A stretch of 64,000 nt of DNA, from positions 2,687 to 66,686 of the forward strand of contig DASZRI010000106.1 in NCBI GenBank assembly GCA_035549215.1. Reading direction: 5' to 3'. The DNA comes from Gemmatimonadaceae bacterium. Its GTDB lineage: Bacteria > Gemmatimonadota > Gemmatimonadetes > Gemmatimonadales > Gemmatimonadaceae. This document shows positions 18,970-27,209 of this stretch, piece by piece (positions within the stretch are counted from its first letter, which is position 1; each line of letters starts with the position of its first letter). The notes beneath the pieces were generated by a model that was not told the origin of the DNA, did not search any database, and saw only the letters and a list, made by a program, of their open reading frames with translations. The translations under genes were made by a program, and so were the position numbers.

Positions 18970-20847
18970 ATGAGCGGATTCGTCGTCCTGCTCGCGCGCC
19001 ACGGCGCGGCCGTGGATCGCGCGCAGCTCGGGCGCCTGGCGCAGGGGCTCGCATTCCGTGGGCCGGACAGCACCCACACGCTCGTCCGCGGCCCGGCGGG
19101 GTTCGGCGTGTCGCTGCTGCATGCGTCCATGCATCGTTCGCCCGCGGATTCCGTGCGGCAGGCGCTCGTGGACGACGGCGACATGGTGCTGGTCGGCGAC
19201 GTGCGCCTGGACGACCGGGACCGTGTGCGTCGAGACCTCGAGGGCGCCGGCGCTGCGGCACGACCCGACGCGACAGATGCTGAACTGTGGCTCGCGGCAT
19301 ATCGCACCTGGGGATCGTCGTGCGTCACGCATCTTTCCGGCGACTTTGCCGTTGTCGTCTGGGACGAGCCCCGGCAGCGCCTGCTCCTGGCCCGCGATCA
19401 GTTCGGGGTTGCGCCGCTCTACTACGCGCAGGCCGGGGGGGACCTCGTCGTCTCCAACACGCTCGACGCCATTCGCGCGCACCCGGGCGTCAGCGCTGAA
19501 CTCGACGACGGCGCCGTCGGCGATTTCCTGCGCGTCGGGTACAACACCGACCTCGCATCCACGGTGTTCCGCCAGGTGCGCTGCGTTCCGCCCGCGCATG
19601 TTGCTGGGGTCCGCGACGGCGTCGTGCACGTCGAGCGCTACTGGGAGCTGCCCGTCGAGGAGCCAGTGGCGTTCGGGAGCATCGCGGAATGCGCTGCGGC
19701 ATTCAACGAGGTCCTGCGCGCGGCCGTGCGGGACCGCCTGCGGGACACCGACGCCGCGGCGCTCCTGCTGAGCGGCGGCCGCGATTCCACTGCGGTGGCG
19801 GCGACGGCGCGCGACGTGGTGCCGGCCGGAACCCTGCCGGCCCTGCGTGCCTTCACGATCCACTACGACTACGCCGTTCCCGATGAGGAGCGTGCATTCG
19901 CCAGTGCGGCCGCCGCGCACCTCGGCATTCCGGCGGAGTTCGTCGCTGCCGACGAATACGCGCTGTTTGGCGGCCGCACTCGCACGGATTGCTGGCGTCC
20001 CGCGCCGGTTGAGGATGCGCAGCTTGCGGCCGATGCGGATTTCATGGCGCGCGTCGCGCGGCACGCGCGGGTTGCGCTGGATGGGCACGGGGGTGACGCC
20101 GCCCTGCGTGAGAGCGAGTCGCGATTGGCCCGCCTGCTGCTTGGTGGCCACTGGTGGCGCGCGCTGCGCGAGGCAACCACGTACACGATGCTGCACCACC
20201 GACTGCCGCGGCCGGGGTTCCGCCGGCTCCGCGCACGGCGCGCACAGGCGCTGCCGCTGCTCAACCCGATCCCGCAATGGATGCGACCGGAATTCATTCG
20301 CGCAGCGCGCCTCGAGGAGCGATGGCGTGCCGTCGAGCGCGCGGCGGAGCGCGACGCGCAGCATCATCCGTGGCGGCCGGAGGCGTACGGCAAGCTCGTG
20401 TCGTGGTTCTGGCCGCGAATGTTCGAGGAGATGGACCCCGGGTTCACCGGCGTTCCTGTCCATGTGCGCCACCCACTCATGGACCTGCGCGTCGTCCGGT
20501 TCCTGCTGCGCGTGCCCCCTGCGCAGTGGTACAACGACAAGGGAATCCTGGTCGCGGCCATGAAGGGGCGGCTGCCCGACCGCGTGCGCTTCCGGAACAA
20601 GACGCCGCTGGTGGGCGATGCAAATGCCGTTGCACTGGCCGCTGGCGGGGTGCCTGCCACCGAGCTCCAGCGCGTGTCGCCCCGCATCGAGCCGTACGTC
20701 GATCCCGCCGGGTTCGGGACGACGCCCTCGAGTCCGGACAGCGATGACTCGTGGGACTGGCTGCGTGCCGTGAGCCTTTCCGAGTGGCTCGCGCGAGTCG
20801 AGCGTGGAGACTCGTTCGTGAGGGCGGGGGGAGAGCCAGGAATGTGA
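18970..20847 (+). CDS. Asparagine-synthetase-like lasso peptide cyclase (C protein)
   Basis: The N-terminus is MSGFVV, so it lacks the catalytic Cys2 of true AsnB (MCG). The PP-loop LLLSGGRDSTAVAA (SGGxDS) is present. At 625 aa it sits between the RRE and precursor genes. Confidence 0.8.
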   Translation: MSGFVVLLARHGAAVDRAQLGRLAQGLAFRGPDSTHTLVRGPAGFGVSLLHASMHRSPADSVRQALVDDGDMVLVGDVRLDDRDRVRRDLEGAGAAARPDATDAELWLAAYRTWGSSCVTHLSGDFAVVVWDEPRQRLLLARDQFGVAPLYYAQAGGDLVVSNTLDAIRAHPGVSAELDDGAVGDFLRVGYNTDLASTVFRQVRCVPPAHVAGVRDGVVHVERYWELPVEEPVAFGSIAECAAAFNEVLRAAVRDRLRDTDAAALLLSGGRDSTAVAATARDVVPAGTLPALRAFTIHYDYAVPDEERAFASAAAAHLGIPAEFVAADEYALFGGRTRTDCWRPAPVEDAQLAADADFMARVARHARVALDGHGGDAALRESESRLARLLLGGHWWRALREATTYTMLHHRLPRPGFRRLRARRAQALPLLNPIPQWMRPEFIRAARLEERWRAVERAAERDAQHHPWRPEAYGKLVSWFWPRMFEEMDPGFTGVPVHVRHPLMDLRVVRFLLRVPPAQWYNDKGILVAAMKGRLPDRVRFRNKTPLVGDANAVALAAGGVPATELQRVSPRIEPYVDPAGFGTTPSSPDSDDSWDWLRAVSLSEWLARVERGDSFVRAGGEPGM

Positions 20848-20887
20848 CGGACGCCGCCCGAAGCGGTCGGTCGATGGCGCCGGCGCG

Positions 20888-21130
20888 GTGGATTTCCGGC
20901 GGTCGGCAACGTATCCTGTTTCCATGGGCCTTCATGAAAACTGCACGGCCACAGCGGGCCAGTCCGCTGGTTCAAGCCAACGCGCTTCCTCGGCAGAAAC
21001 CGGGGCCGCGCGCGAGCCCTACACCTCGCCACAGGTGAACCACCTTGGCCTCGTGAAAGAGCTCACCGAGACGGTGGGGTCGCGCGGCAAGAAGGACGGC
21101 AAGACCGGGAACCGCAGGACGGGATACTAG
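20888..21130 (+). CDS. Lasso-type precursor peptide A1 (80 codons from the GTG at 20888; the true start is uncertain)
   Basis: ...EPYTSPQVNHLGLVKELTE-TVGSRGKKDGKTGNRRTGY*. The leader carries Y-17, P-14, V-12, G-8 and T-2. The C-terminal 19 aa are nearly identical to those of the adjacent ORF, with synonymous differences between them (AAC CGC AGG versus AAT CGC CGC, both N-R-R). Confidence 0.7.
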   Translation: MDFRRSATYPVSMGLHENCTATAGQSAGSSQRASSAETGAAREPYTSPQVNHLGLVKELTETVGSRGKKDGKTGNRRTGY

Positions 21131-21132
21131 AC

Positions 21133-21378
21133 ATGACCGGTGAGAATGGACGTCCGGTCGCGGCTATACATGGGAGCCCAATTACAGGCCCCCATCGGGA
21201 AATGCCGTCTCCGGATCTGCCCGGCACAGCGACGGCGCCAGAGGCCGGCCAGAAGCCCCGGCTGCCGTATGCACCGCCGCGACTGACTGTGCTCGGAACC
21301 GTAGCCGATATCACCCGGACGGTGGGAACGCGCGGCCGCAAGGACGGGAAGAGAGGTAATCGCCGCACGGGATACTGA
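21133..21378 (+). CDS. Lasso-type precursor peptide A2 (81 codons)
   Basis: The ATG lies 2 nt after the A1 stop. ...LPYAPPRLTVLGTVADITR-TVGTRGRKDGKRGNRRTGY*. The leader carries Y-17, P-14, L-12, G-8 and T-2, an exact match to YxxPxLxxxGxxxxxTx. Confidence 0.75.
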   Translation: MTGENGRPVAAIHGSPITGPHREMPSPDLPGTATAPEAGQKPRLPYAPPRLTVLGTVADITRTVGTRGRKDGKRGNRRTGY

Positions 21379-21442
21379 ACCCGCGCGAGGCTCGTGTCGG
21401 CCTGTTCGTGCGAGGGCGGATCCGGTATCCTCCCACGCATCC

Positions 21443-22411
21443 ATGTCGGCCTTCCAAGCGCGCGTGTACGGCCTCGTCCTGCAGTGTGACGAGGCAATCC
21501 CGGGACTGTCCGCGACGGACCAGGGCCCGGCGGATGTGGTGGTGCGCCTTCGGGCGCTCCCGGCGTGGCTCGAACGCGAGGATGGTTCATCTCGCACCAT
21601 CTGGACCGCGCGCGCAGGCGATGATCGTGACACGGACGATCTCGTCGTCCGCACCTGGCGCGACGGCGCCTACGTCGAGGTCGCCTACGACGACGGTACG
21701 CGCTTCGTGATGGATCACGGGGGCACGCAGGTCTGGGCCCAGTGGCGCAACGCGTCGTCCATCGAGGACATGGCGACCTACCTGCTGGGCCCGGTGCTCG
21801 GCCTGCTCCTCCGACTGCGCGGAACGCTCTCCCTGCACGCAAGCGCCGTCACGTTTGGCGATACGGCGGTGGCGTTCACCGGGCAGGCAGGCGCTGGCAA
21901 GTCCACCACCGCCGCGGCGTTCGCCCAGCGTGGCGCGCGCGTGATCGCCGACGACATCGCGGCGCTGTTCGTGCGCGATGCTCGCTGGTGGGTGGAGGCA
22001 GGCCCTGCGTCCGTCCGCCTGTGGCCGGAGAGCGCAACGGCGCTGTTCGGCGACGCTTCCACGCTTCCCCTGCTCGCACCGTCCTGGGAGAAGCGGCAGG
22101 TGACGCCCGGCGTCCTGCCCGCAGCATTTGCCGGCGAATCACCCGTCGCACTCTCTGCCGTCGTCATTCTCGGCGCCCGCGGAACGGGAAGTGCGCCCAC
22201 GCTGGCTCCACTCTCCCAGCGCGACGCACTCGTCGCTCTCGTGGCCGACACCTACGCCAGCGTCCTGCTCGACCCAGCGCAGCGCGGCGTCGAGTTCCTG
22301 GCGCTCTCGCGGCTCGTGCAGGACGTGCCCGTGTATCGCGCCACCCCCGCGGATGACATCGGGCGCCTTGATGAGCTCTGCGACGCCGTGCGCCGGCTCG
22401 TCCATGGCTGA
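21443..22411 (+). CDS. HPr-kinase-related (HprK-like) kinase, RiPP tailoring type
   Basis: LHASAVTFGDTAVAFTGQAGAGKSTTAAAFAQRGARVIADD resembles the HprK C-terminal P-loop domain, in a RiPP gene context. Confidence 0.7.
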   Translation: MSAFQARVYGLVLQCDEAIPGLSATDQGPADVVVRLRALPAWLEREDGSSRTIWTARAGDDRDTDDLVVRTWRDGAYVEVAYDDGTRFVMDHGGTQVWAQWRNASSIEDMATYLLGPVLGLLLRLRGTLSLHASAVTFGDTAVAFTGQAGAGKSTTAAAFAQRGARVIADDIAALFVRDARWWVEAGPASVRLWPESATALFGDASTLPLLAPSWEKRQVTPGVLPAAFAGESPVALSAVVILGARGTGSAPTLAPLSQRDALVALVADTYASVLLDPAQRGVEFLALSRLVQDVPVYRATPADDIGRLDELCDAVRRLVHG

Positions 22412-23591
22412 GCATGCGCCGCTGCACCACCCGCTGCTCGACGTAGCCCGGTGGTGCGCGCGTGCCGAGCTTGACGACACGGCACGCGCCGCACTCGATG
22501 CGTGCACGGCGACGCCGCTCGCATGGGATGCGCTGCCGCCATTGCTGCGCGCGCATGGGCTCACCGCGCTCGCGGTGCGGCACCTCTCACACGTTCGCAC
22601 GCGCATCCCGCCGCCGGTGTGGGACACACTGTCGGGGCAGTCCGCGGAGGACCAGGCGCGCGCGCTGCGCATGACCGCCGAGTTGCTGCGCATCGTGGAT
22701 GCGCTCGGCGCCGAGGGGATCGCGGTGCTGCCGTACAAGGGGCCGCTGCTCGGCCTCGTGGCGTACGGCGACCTGGCTATGCGCCGCTCATCCGACCTCG
22801 ACGTGCTCATCCACCCGGCCGACATGGCGCGAGCGATCGCAGCACTGGCGCCACTCGGCTATCGGAACGCGGATCGCATGTCGCCGGCGCAGGCAGCGTG
22901 GTTCCTGCGCGCCGACGGGGACGTGTCCGTCGTCCACGACGACACGGGGCTGCTCGTCGAGCTCCACGCATACGCGACCACACGCCGGCTTGGCCCCACG
23001 CCCGGGTTCGCCGAATTGTGGGAGCGGCGGAAGGACCTCCAGGTCGCGGGGCGCCGTGTTCCCGCGCTCGACGCACATGACCAGCTGCTGCTCCTCGCAC
23101 TGCACGGCACCAAGCACGGCTGGCGAAAGCTGGAATGGCTCGCCGGTCTTGCATCGCTGGCCGCCCGCAATCCGGACGCACTCGAGCGACTCATCGCCGC
23201 AGCGCCGTCCGGTGCCCGCGCCCTGCGCCTCGCGTGCGCACTGTCGGCCTCGCTGCTCAGCGTGGAACTGCCCGAGCGCGTGCGGCACGCCGTCGCCGCG
23301 GATGCCGCTGCGAATGCCCTGGCCGCGCAGGTGGTGACACACATGCAGCAGCCGGAGGACGACCCCAAGCGCGATGACACGTTCGAGCGGCTGCTCTTCA
23401 ACTGGCGTGCGCAGGACGGCACCCGCGCGCGGGTGCGCTATGCATGGCGTTGGGGAACCTGGCCGTCGCCGGAGGACTGGCAGCAGGTGAGGCTGCCGGA
23501 CGCGTTGTTTCCCGCCTATCGCCTGGTGAGGCCGATCCGCCTGGCATGGCGCTTCGGCCCTCGCGCGCTGGCGTCCATCTTCGCGCGCTGA
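22404..23591 (+). CDS. Nucleotidyltransferase family protein (uncharacterised NTase, NTP_transf_5-like)
   Basis: The ATG overlaps the kinase stop by 8 nt (ATGGCTGA). KGPLLGLVAYGDLAMRRSSDLDVLIHPAD fits the pol-beta-type G[GS]...DxD motif. The partnership with an HprK-like kinase is as in other lasso loci. Confidence 0.65.
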   Translation: MAEHAPLHHPLLDVARWCARAELDDTARAALDACTATPLAWDALPPLLRAHGLTALAVRHLSHVRTRIPPPVWDTLSGQSAEDQARALRMTAELLRIVDALGAEGIAVLPYKGPLLGLVAYGDLAMRRSSDLDVLIHPADMARAIAALAPLGYRNADRMSPAQAAWFLRADGDVSVVHDDTGLLVELHAYATTRRLGPTPGFAELWERRKDLQVAGRRVPALDAHDQLLLLALHGTKHGWRKLEWLAGLASLAARNPDALERLIAAAPSGARALRLACALSASLLSVELPERVRHAVAADAAANALAAQVVTHMQQPEDDPKRDDTFERLLFNWRAQDGTRARVRYAWRWGTWPSPEDWQQVRLPDALFPAYRLVRPIRLAWRFGPRALASIFAR

Positions 23592-23599
23592 GGATCGGG

Positions 23600-26104
23600 T
23601 CAGCCGCCTTCCTGCGGCGCGTACCCGTAGCCGTAGTAGTAGTCGCCGTAGCGTCCGTAGCGCGGCGTGCGTGCGTCAGGGTCGTTGAGCACGGCGCCAA
23701 GGATGCGGCCGCCCACGTTGCGGATCTGCTCCACGGCGTGGCGCGCGGCTTCGCGTTCGGTCCTGCCCGCGCGCACGACAACGAGCACGCCGTCAGCCTG
23801 CACGCTCATGAGCGCCGCATCGGCAGTGACGAGCACCGGCGGCGTATCCACGAGGATGACGTCGAATTTCGCCCGCAGCGTATCGAGCAGCTCGTGCATG
23901 CGCTCGCCGCCCAGGAACTCGAGCGGGTTCGGCGGCAACGTGCCGCCCGGAAGGACACTGAGCCCCGCCACGCCCGATGCGCGCAGTCCCTGGTCGAGGG
24001 TGTTCTTGCCGACCAGCACGTCGGTGAGCCCCGGCTCGAGTGCCAGGCCGAACACATCATGCACGCGCGCGCGGCGCAGGTCCGCGTCGATCAGCACCAC
24101 GCGGCGTCCCTGCTGGGCGAATGCGACGGCGAGGTTGGCCGAGGTCGTCGTCTTGCCCTCGCCAGCCGAGGCGCTGGTCACGACCATGACCTTGAGCCCC
24201 GGGCGGGACGCCGAGTACATCAGGTTGGTCATGAGCTTGCGGTACGCCTCGGCACTGGCCGAACGCACGTCGCTGATCATGACCAGCTCCTGCCCGTCGC
24301 CCTCGCTCGCCAGCACTCGCGTCGACGGGATCATGCTCGGCAGCAGCCGGCTTGCCGTGGCCCGGGCGCGCGCGCGCAGGGTGGCGTGGGCGTCCGCGCT
24401 GATCTGCGGCACGAGGGCGAGCCCGGGCACGTGCATGACGCTGTCCAGGTCGTCCCAGCGGCGGATGGTGCTGTTCAACCGGTCGGTGACGATGGCCAGC
24501 CCGATACCGAACAGGAGCCCGATCAGGAGGGCGTACGCCAGCTTGCGCCGCCGTCCCGCGGTGATCGCGCCCATCGGGTAGCGCGCGAGGTCCACCACCT
24601 GCACCTGCCCCGCCTCGACGGCCTCGGCGATGCGCGCCACCTGGAGCTCGTCGTTCAGCTTGTCCGACATCTTGCGGATGTTGTCCACGTCGCGGAGCAG
24701 GCGCTGCTCTGTCTCCTCGGACGACGGCAGGGACGCGATCTGGCCCGCGGCCTGCTGCCGGCGCGCGTTGACGGCGGACAGGTTGCCGTCGATCACGGCG
24801 AGCTGGTTGCGCACGGCGGCGATCAGCTTGGGTTCCGTGCTTGCGATGAGCGCGTCCACGCGTTGCACGTCCGGGTGCTGCGGCGTGCGCGCGAACATGC
24901 CCGTCGTGAGCGAGTCGCGCGCGTGCTCGTAGCGCATCAGGTCGGTGTACAGCGCGCCGACCGCCGCGTTGCCGCTGGGATCCGGCGTGAACGCCAGCGT
25001 CCGCAGCGCAGCGGGATCGCCGTTGGTGTGGCGCTCGAGCGCGCTCAGCAGCCCCTGGTACGACCGCCGTGCATCGTCGAGCTGCTGGACACGCTGGTCG
25101 AGCGTCGCGAGATCCTGCTGCTCGGTGGCGTAGCGGTCCTTGGCGCTGAATGCGAGGGTGCCGCGGCGATAGGCGGCCACGCGCGCCTCCGCCAATTGCA
25201 GCATCGAGTCGGTGGCCGCGAGCTGCGTCTCGATGAAGATGCGGCGACGGTGTGACTGCTGGCGCGCCGTGCGCGCATTGAACGCCTGGTACTGCAGGGC
25301 GGCGGCGCTCGCCACCCGCTGCACGACATAGGGATCGTTGCCCGTAAACGAGATATCGATCACCGATGTCATGTCGCGCGGCTTGGCGCTGATGCCGCCG
25401 AGCACCGCGTCGATGGCCGCCTCACGCGGGAGGACGGCCAGCGAGGCGTCCTGCCAGCCGGGCTGCGGGCCGGGAATCGTGAACGTGGCGCTGGCAATCT
25501 CGATTGGCGTGCCGTACGCGGCGGTCACCGTGTCGCGCGGCCCGCTCACGGTCACGCTCTTCGACGTGAAGTGCAGTCGCAGCGTTGCGGGAACGGCGTT
25601 CGGCGCCACCCGCACGTCCTCGAAGTTCGCGAGGTAGAAGCCCGGCGTAATACTCTGCAATTGGAGGCCAAGCGAGTCCACGACCAGCTCTGCGATGGCG
25701 CGGCTCTGGATCACCTGCACCTGCGTCAGCACCGGGTCCGTGTACCCGCCGTAAGCGCTCGCGTAGTCGGGCACGAGGTCGCCAGCCACCTGCGGCCGCT
25801 GGTCGGTGAGCTGCACCGCGCTGGACGTCCGGAACAGCGGCAGGTCGTGGCGCGTGCGGTACCACTGGTAACTGATCCCGACGAGCGCCGAGAGGACGAT
25901 GAGCCACCAGTACCGGCGCAGGATGCCCAGGTACTGCCGGATCGGGTTGGCGGCGGGAAGCGACGCATCCGGCCCGAAGCCGGGCGGGAATCCGGCGCCC
26001 GGAGGCGGGTACGCGAAATTCGGCATCATCGCACCCGGCATCGGGCGGCGCACTTCCACGGGTCGGTTCTCAGTCACGGCCCCTCCGGCGGGATCGAGAC
26101 GCAT
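23600..26104 (-). CDS. Polysaccharide co-polymerase / tyrosine autokinase (Wzc/GumC-type)
   Basis: It has a Wzz-like periplasmic domain, a second TM helix, a Walker A (SASAGEGKTTTSANLA) and DADLRR. The C-terminal Tyr cluster reads YGRYGDYYYGYGY. The start is Met at 26104 or Met at 26041. Confidence 0.85.
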   Translation of the reverse strand: MRLDPAGGAVTENRPVEVRRPMPGAMMPNFAYPPPGAGFPPGFGPDASLPAANPIRQYLGILRRYWWLIVLSALVGISYQWYRTRHDLPLFRTSSAVQLTDQRPQVAGDLVPDYASAYGGYTDPVLTQVQVIQSRAIAELVVDSLGLQLQSITPGFYLANFEDVRVAPNAVPATLRLHFTSKSVTVSGPRDTVTAAYGTPIEIASATFTIPGPQPGWQDASLAVLPREAAIDAVLGGISAKPRDMTSVIDISFTGNDPYVVQRVASAAALQYQAFNARTARQQSHRRRIFIETQLAATDSMLQLAEARVAAYRRGTLAFSAKDRYATEQQDLATLDQRVQQLDDARRSYQGLLSALERHTNGDPAALRTLAFTPDPSGNAAVGALYTDLMRYEHARDSLTTGMFARTPQHPDVQRVDALIASTEPKLIAAVRNQLAVIDGNLSAVNARRQQAAGQIASLPSSEETEQRLLRDVDNIRKMSDKLNDELQVARIAEAVEAGQVQVVDLARYPMGAITAGRRRKLAYALLIGLLFGIGLAIVTDRLNSTIRRWDDLDSVMHVPGLALVPQISADAHATLRARARATASRLLPSMIPSTRVLASEGDGQELVMISDVRSASAEAYRKLMTNLMYSASRPGLKVMVVTSASAGEGKTTTSANLAVAFAQQGRRVVLIDADLRRARVHDVFGLALEPGLTDVLVGKNTLDQGLRASGVAGLSVLPGGTLPPNPLEFLGGERMHELLDTLRAKFDVILVDTPPVLVTADAALMSVQADGVLVVVRAGRTEREAARHAVEQIRNVGGRILGAVLNDPDARTPRYGRYGDYYYGYGYAPQEGG

Positions 26105-27209
26105 GACGTGCGGACACGTCCGCGTAGAGGGCGCGGGTCCGCTCGCCCATGCTCTGCAAGCTAAACTCTTCTGCGACGCGCTGCCTGCCCGCAACCCCGA
26201 GGGTGTGCCGGAGTCCCGGGTCGTTCAGCAGGCGGTTGATGGCCGCGGCAAGGGCCTGCGGATCGGCCGGCGGCACGGTCAGGCCCGTTTCCCCATCACG
26301 CGACACCTCGGGCACCCCCGACGGAATGTTGGTGTTGACCACGGGGATCCCGCTGGCCATCGCCTCGAGCTGCACGATGCCGAACGCCTCGCTGCGCAGG
26401 TGGGATGGAAGGGCGAACACCGACGCGGCGTGGTACCACGGCGTGGTGTCGGCCACATGCCCGACGAACGTCACGCGATCGGCGACTCCCACACTGCGGG
26501 CCTCGGCCTCGAGGGCGGCGCGCATGGGCCCCTGGCCCACGATCACGAGTCGCGCATCCACGCGGGACATGGCGCGGATCAGGTACTCCAACCCCTTGTA
26601 GTACACGAGCCGCCCCACCGCGAGCACGATGCGATCGCCGTACGCCTGCCGGATGCGCGCCACCGCAGCGGGATCCGCGGTCGCGTAGGCGGCGGGATCA
26701 ATCGCCATCGGGATCTCGACGCAGCGGTCCGAATGCCGCTGCAGCATGGGCGAGCCTCGCATGTAGGCGGTGGAGCTCACGATCACCGCATCGGCCCGCC
26801 GCAACACACCGCGCACGATCGGTTCATACACCACGTTGAGCAGCTGCTGCTGCACCACGTCGCTGTGATAGGTCACGACGAGCGGGCCCCGGTGCCCGCT
26901 GGCCAGGTAGCTCGCGAAGGCCGACGGATTCGGGTGGTGCAGGTGCACGATGTCCGCACGCGCCGAGCGGATGCGCCAGGGCAGCGTCGGGCAGATGGGC
27001 GCGCTGCGCACCGTCGCGATCGTCGCCATGCGCGTCACCGGCACGCCGTCAATCACCTCGTTGGTGGTGTGCGCGCTGTGGCTCGCCACGACGACGTCGA
27101 GCGTCACGTAGTCACGCAGCACGCGGCACAACCCTTCCAGGTGTGTCTCCATGCCGCCTTCATCAGGCGGGTAGTACTTGCCGACCTGCAGTACGCGTAC
27201 GTCACGCAT
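26070..27209 (-). CDS. Glycosyltransferase, GT4-type (GT-B fold)
   Basis: MRDVRVLQVGKYYPPDEGGMETH... and SEAFGIVQLEAMASGIPVV (E-x7-E). The start overlaps the upstream stop (ATGCGTGA). Confidence 0.85.
   Translation of the reverse strand: MRDVRVLQVGKYYPPDEGGMETHLEGLCRVLRDYVTLDVVVASHSAHTTNEVIDGVPVTRMATIATVRSAPICPTLPWRIRSARADIVHLHHPNPSAFASYLASGHRGPLVVTYHSDVVQQQLLNVVYEPIVRGVLRRADAVIVSSTAYMRGSPMLQRHSDRCVEIPMAIDPAAYATADPAAVARIRQAYGDRIVLAVGRLVYYKGLEYLIRAMSRVDARLVIVGQGPMRAALEAEARSVGVADRVTFVGHVADTTPWYHAASVFALPSHLRSEAFGIVQLEAMASGIPVVNTNIPSGVPEVSRDGETGLTVPPADPQALAAAINRLLNDPGLRHTLGVAGRQRVAEEFSLQSMGERTRALYADVSARHASRSRRRGRD

Noticed and set aside
17313-20925. Minus-strand ORFs of 671 aa (17313..19328) and 665 aa (18928..20925), antisense to wecA, the RRE gene and the cyclase
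   Set aside because: Arg/Pro/Ala-rich low-complexity translations without motifs. The plus-strand products carry specific family signatures (NAFNFIDGLDGLA, SGGRDS).
20751-21038. An alternative-frame ORF over the A1 region, which includes MKTARPQRASPLVQANALPRQKPGPRASPTPRHR from an internal ATG; considered as an alternative precursor
   Set aside because: It has no counterpart in the A2 region, no acidic ring-forming residue or leader motif, and it is Pro/Arg-rich like other off-frame products. The A1 frame is supported by conservation with A2.
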